Assembly: GCA_002269645.1 (NCBI GenBank) | Contig: NIVC01000680.1 | Location: 1-64,000, forward strand | Length of the DNA stretch: 64,000 bases | Source: Macrostomum lignano | Taxonomy: Eukaryota | Direction of reading: 5' to 3' | Shown: one piece after another, positions 59,824 through 64,000 of the stretch | Layout: every line of letters starts with the position of its first letter | Numbering within the stretch: position 1 is the stretch's first letter | Translations under genes and position numbers: made by a program | Notes under the pieces: generated by a model | The model's input: the letters and a program-made list of their open reading frames with translations, nothing else | Databases searched by the model: none | What the model was told of the DNA's origin: nothing

Positions 59824-62800
59824 ATGGCAGCTACCGCCTCCTCAGCACCAGTGCTGCCATTCTCAGCCCTGACACTGTTTGAGTCCACCCTTCTCAACGC
59901 TGGCATGCTGCTAGATAGCATGTCTATGGACGAGCTCCTTGGCGCCATGCGACTGACAGCCAATCTGCACATTCAACTGATTGGCGCTATGCAGCCTTGC
60001 GCTACCGATCTGCAACGCAAATTAAATAATCTAGATTCTAATAATGCGCCAACTACTACTGATACTACTGCTAGTAACGACAATGAGCAAACAATAAATA
60101 GACATGAAAATATTGGCAATGAGAACTCGGATGAGAATAGTGATAGTCTGAGTCGTGGTCAGCTTAATTCTATTCCGTCGTTAAAACGACGCTTATCGAC
60201 TGATCGAGAAGTCTGTCCAGTGAAGCTGGAACGCCATGCTGATGCTGATGATGATGAAGAATTAGCTGAGCCGCCCAGTATGTCGCCGAAACCAGATTTG
60301 AATTCAACTGCTGATAATACTACTGCAAATAGTAGCCAATGGAGGAATCATCGAGGAGATTGTAGCGTTAAAGAGGCTGAATCTCCTAATCCGCTTAACA
60401 CAATCGTTATTATTGATGATGATGATGATGATGATGATGATGCTGGTTTAGTTGATGAAGATTGTCCTACTATGACGGATGCTGGGCCATCGTCGGTTTC
60501 TATGACGTTTGGGAGCTTGATGATGCAACAACACCAACAACAGCATCAGCAGATCCCTGGCTCCGTCGTTGAGATGCACAAGAACCGAATTAATGTTGGC
60601 GGAACTGCGCACATGCGGGTTGGTGGCCACTCTTCAGGCACAGCATTTTGTGATTTTTAGACTGTAAAATAGAAAGACTGAATTTCTCCTAACTTTCTAA
60701 GGATATTTTTAGCTCCCATCAAGATTAAATTGATCCCAAATCCTAAGGGATATTTCTAGATCCCAACAAGATTGAATTGATCCCAAATCCTAAGGGATAT
60801 TTCTAGATCCCAACAAGATTGAATTGATCCCAAATCCTAATGGATATTTCTAGATCCCAACAAGATTGAATTGATCCCAAATCCTAAGGGATATTTCTAG
60901 ATCCCAACAAGATTGAATTGATCCCAAATCCTAAGGGATATTTCTAGATCCCAACAAGATTGAATTGATCCCAAATCCTAAGGGATATTTCTAGATCCCA
61001 ACAAGATTGAATTGATGCCAAATCATAAGGGATTCTAGATCCCATCAAGATTGAATTAATCCCAAATCCTAAGGGATATTTCTAGATCCCAACAAGATTG
61101 AATTGATCCCAAATCCTAAGGGATATTTCTAGATCCCATCAAGATTGAATTAATCCCAAATCCTAAGGGATATTTCTAGATCCCAACAAGATTGAATTGA
61201 TCCCAAATCCTAAGGGATATTTCTAGATCCCAGCAAGATTGAATTGATCCCAAATCCTAATGGATATTTCTAGATCCCAACAAGATTGAGTTAATCACAA
61301 ATCCTAAGGGATATTTCTAGATCCCATCAGAGTTGATCCCAAATTAGCGATTCGTAAAATTCCTCAATAGATATCCGATTACAAATGTAGTCCTCAATTT
61401 CAGAGTGTGCTCAAAGAGGCTTACAAGACACTAAGAGGCAGCGGGCCTCACCTATTCGACTTTTCAAAGCCGTGAGTGCAGATGTAGATATTTTTCCCCT
61501 TAATAAAGCTGATAAAGAGGATAAAATAATGGTATATCACTGCTGATTATTTTGCAGTTGGACTGAGAATTCGAATCAGACTGTGGCGCAGAATGTAATC
61601 TCGCATGGTCAGATCAGTGCCGATTTTGAGTCTGATCAGGAAAACTGGCTGTGTGAGTATAACCTGATGGTTTGTTTATTTTTTACCACTAGCATTGAGT
61701 TTATTTTATTTGATTATAATGCGTGATTTTAGTATGCATCCATCTATTCTTATGAAATTCTTTATTATAAGCACAGCACACCTGTAACACCTGAAACCCC
61801 CAGTTTCAAGCATACCTTTAACACCTCGAATTACCTGTTTTGAGCACACCTGTAACACCTGGAACTCCAGTTTTGAGCACACCTGTAACACCTGGAACTC
61901 CAGTTTTGAGCACACCTGTAACACCTGGAACTCCCCAGTTTTGAGCACACCTGTAACACCTGGAACTCCAGTTTTGAGCACACCTGGAACACCTGGAACT
62001 CCCCAGTTTTGAACGCACCATTGATCTCATCACCTGGAAGTCCATATTAATTGTAAGAGTATTCAGTGTCAGTTAAAATATTTATTTTATTTCCTTCCAG
62101 CCGCCTGCTACCTGGAGTTCCGATCTATGCAATCTTTCTGTCTGCGCAATCGTCCAGTTTGGCGTAAAGGCAAACGTCAAAAAGCGGTTAGTGTTAGTTA
62201 TTATTTTAATGTCGTATTATTCCTAGAGCTCGTCTGTTCGCAGAAGTATTATCACTTCCCGCTCTAAATTTGACAACTTCATCTGTTTAAGTGTCACTGG
62301 ATCACCTTTTCAAGCGCCACTAGATAATCTATCTAGTTAAATGCCATTAGATCAGCTATTTAAGCGTCTCTAGATCATCTATTTAGGCTTCACTAGATCA
62401 TCTAATGAAGCGCCACTAGACCATCTATTTAAGCGCCACTAGACCATCTATTTAAGCGCCACTAGACCATCTATTTAAGCGCCACTAGACCATCTATTCA
62501 AGCGCCACTAGACCATCTATTTAAGCGCCACTAGACCATCTATTTAAGCGCCACTAGACCATCTATTTAAGCGCCACTAGACCATCTATTTAAGCGCCAC
62601 TAGATCATCTATTTAAGCGCCACTAGATCATCTACAATAGAATCAGCCGATATTTTCAGAAACTCGGTCGCCGCCAGAAGGCATTCGAAGCCCTGCTGCC
62701 AAGTCTGACGCCAGACGAACTCGAACAATACCGAGTTGTGCTCACCAGAGACGTCACCTCATCCGACGAAGAAGAAGAAGACGAGACTCTGAGAGTTCGC

Positions 62801-62995
62801 GACCTGCCCTGGCAGTCCGACCGGATGCGCGAGATGAAGCAGCGACTTGATGAAGCTTTCACGCTGAGATTTGCCACCATTAAGCAGCGCTGTCAGCTGG
62901 CCAAGTGCGTCAGGCATCCCCAGGTGGTCAGCAGCAGGTCTGTGCCAATGGGTGTGCCACAATGGGCAATTGCTCCGGCTTATAGACCTGGCTAG
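59824..62995 (+). CDS. C14orf93-like (DUF4616-like) protein, paralog B, ~459 aa; exons 59824-60618, 61404-61471, 61558-61652, 62101-62186, 62660-62995
   Basis: Phases 0/2/1/0 are consistent. Motifs LKEAYKTL...LFDFSKPW...NQTV, ACYLEFRS, KLGRRQKAF, LTRDVTSSDEEE, VRDLPWQSDRMREMKQRLD and VPQWA. The last two intron positions match paralog A. The exon 1 donor is less certain. Confidence 0.75.
60700..61345. repeat. 47-bp minisatellite in paralog B intron 1
   Basis: GATCCCAACAAGATTGAATTGATCCCAAATCCTAAGGGATATTTCTA. Confidence 0.95.
61778..62035. repeat. 33/35-bp minisatellite in paralog B intron 3
   Basis: ACACCTGTAACACCTGGAACTCCAGTTTTGAGC. Confidence 0.9.
62310..62633. repeat. 23-bp minisatellite in paralog B intron 4
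   Basis: ATTTAAGCGCCACTAGACCATCT. Confidence 0.93.
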
Positions 62996-63219
62996 ATTGA
63001 TTGTTGTTTTTTGTAACTCTATAATCAGTTGAGTCAATATGATGTAAGTCTACTGAGCTCTCCTGATGATCTGTTTTGATCTGCTCTCTGTGCTTTTATG
63101 CAGCCTAAGCTGTTGTTTCTAGTGTTTTTGGTGTATTGAATTTATTGCAGTTGATACTACATTTTATAGCGCTCACTCTGTTCTCTAATTAATGATTCTC
63201 TTCATGTCGCCTTTCTATC

Positions 63220-64000
63220 ACCCTTTCCCTCCTTTCTCCTCTCCTCCCTCTCTTCCTCCTCTCTCCCTCTCTCCCTCCTCTCCCTCTCTCCCTCCTCTCT
63301 CCCTCTCTCCCTCCTCTCTCCCTCTCTCCCTCCTCTCTCCCTCTCTCCCTCCTCTCCCTCTCTCCCTCCTCTCTCCCTCCCTCCTCTCTCCCTCTCTCCC
63401 TCCTTTCTCCTCTCCTCCCTCTCTCCCTCCTCTCTCCCTCTCTCCCTCCTCTCCCTCTCTCCCTCCTCTCTCCCTCCCTCCTCTCTCCCTCTCTCCCTCC
63501 TTTCTCCTCTCCTCCCTCTCTCCCTCCTCTCTCCCTCTCTCCCTCCTCTCTCCCTCTCTCCCTCCTCTCCCTCTCTCCCTCCTCTCTCCCTCCCTCCTCT
63601 CTCCCTCTCTCCCTCCTTTCTCCTCTCCTCCCTCTCTTCCTCCTCTCTCCCTCTCTCCCTCCTCTCTCCCTCTCTCCCTCCTCTCTCCCTCTCTCCCTCT
63701 CCCTCTCTCCCTCTCTCCTTCCTCTCTCCCTCCTTTCTCCTCTCCTCTCTCCCTCCTCTCTCCCTCTCTCCCTCCTCTCTCCCTCTCTCCCTCTCCCTCT
63801 TTCCCTCTCTCCTTCCTCTCTCCCTCTCCCTCCTCTCTCCCTCTCTCCCTCTCCCTCTCTCCCTCCTTTCTCCTCTCCTCTCTCCCTCCTTTCTCCTCTC
63901 CTCTCTCCCTCCTCTCTCCCTCTCTCCCTCTCCCTCTCTCCCTCTCTCCTTCCTCTCTCCCTCTCCCTCCTCTCTCCCTCTCTCCCTCTCTCCCTCCGCT
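63220..64000. repeat. Polypyrimidine (CT/CCT)-rich low-complexity tract running off the window
   Basis: Direct reading. Confidence 0.97.

Overview
Eukaryotic (metazoan) genomic DNA, not prokaryotic. It has spliceosomal GT-AG introns, GC-rich exons, AT-rich spacers and an extreme density of 9-47 bp minisatellites. This pattern suggests a free-living flatworm such as Macrostomum, which is an inference and not proven. By hand I built 10 gene models. On the minus strand: EAPP-like, a C2H2 zinc-finger protein, a centrin/calmodulin-like EF-hand protein, a tandem-DUF1330-like protein, an orphan tail-anchored protein, an alpha-kinase and a PAN + F-type lectin. On the plus strand: TEX26-like and two tandem C14orf93-like paralogs. 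The window also holds a frame-broken unknown coding tract, one tRNA-Arg(ACG), two tRNA-derived SINE families, several MITEs, and decayed mariner, Gypsy and Penelope fragments. There is no CRISPR array, and most long ORFs in the supplied track are artefacts of tandem repeats. The most unusual observations are: (1) an intron built from about 50 tandem copies of its own 5' splice junction; (2) a two-copy composite element with related 22-bp minisatellite arrays in opposite orientation around a shared core; (3) a possible relic spliced-leader sequence just upstream of the TEX26-like ATG; (4) an intron-containing tandem DUF1330-like gene. All domain names come from motif recognition, not from database searches.
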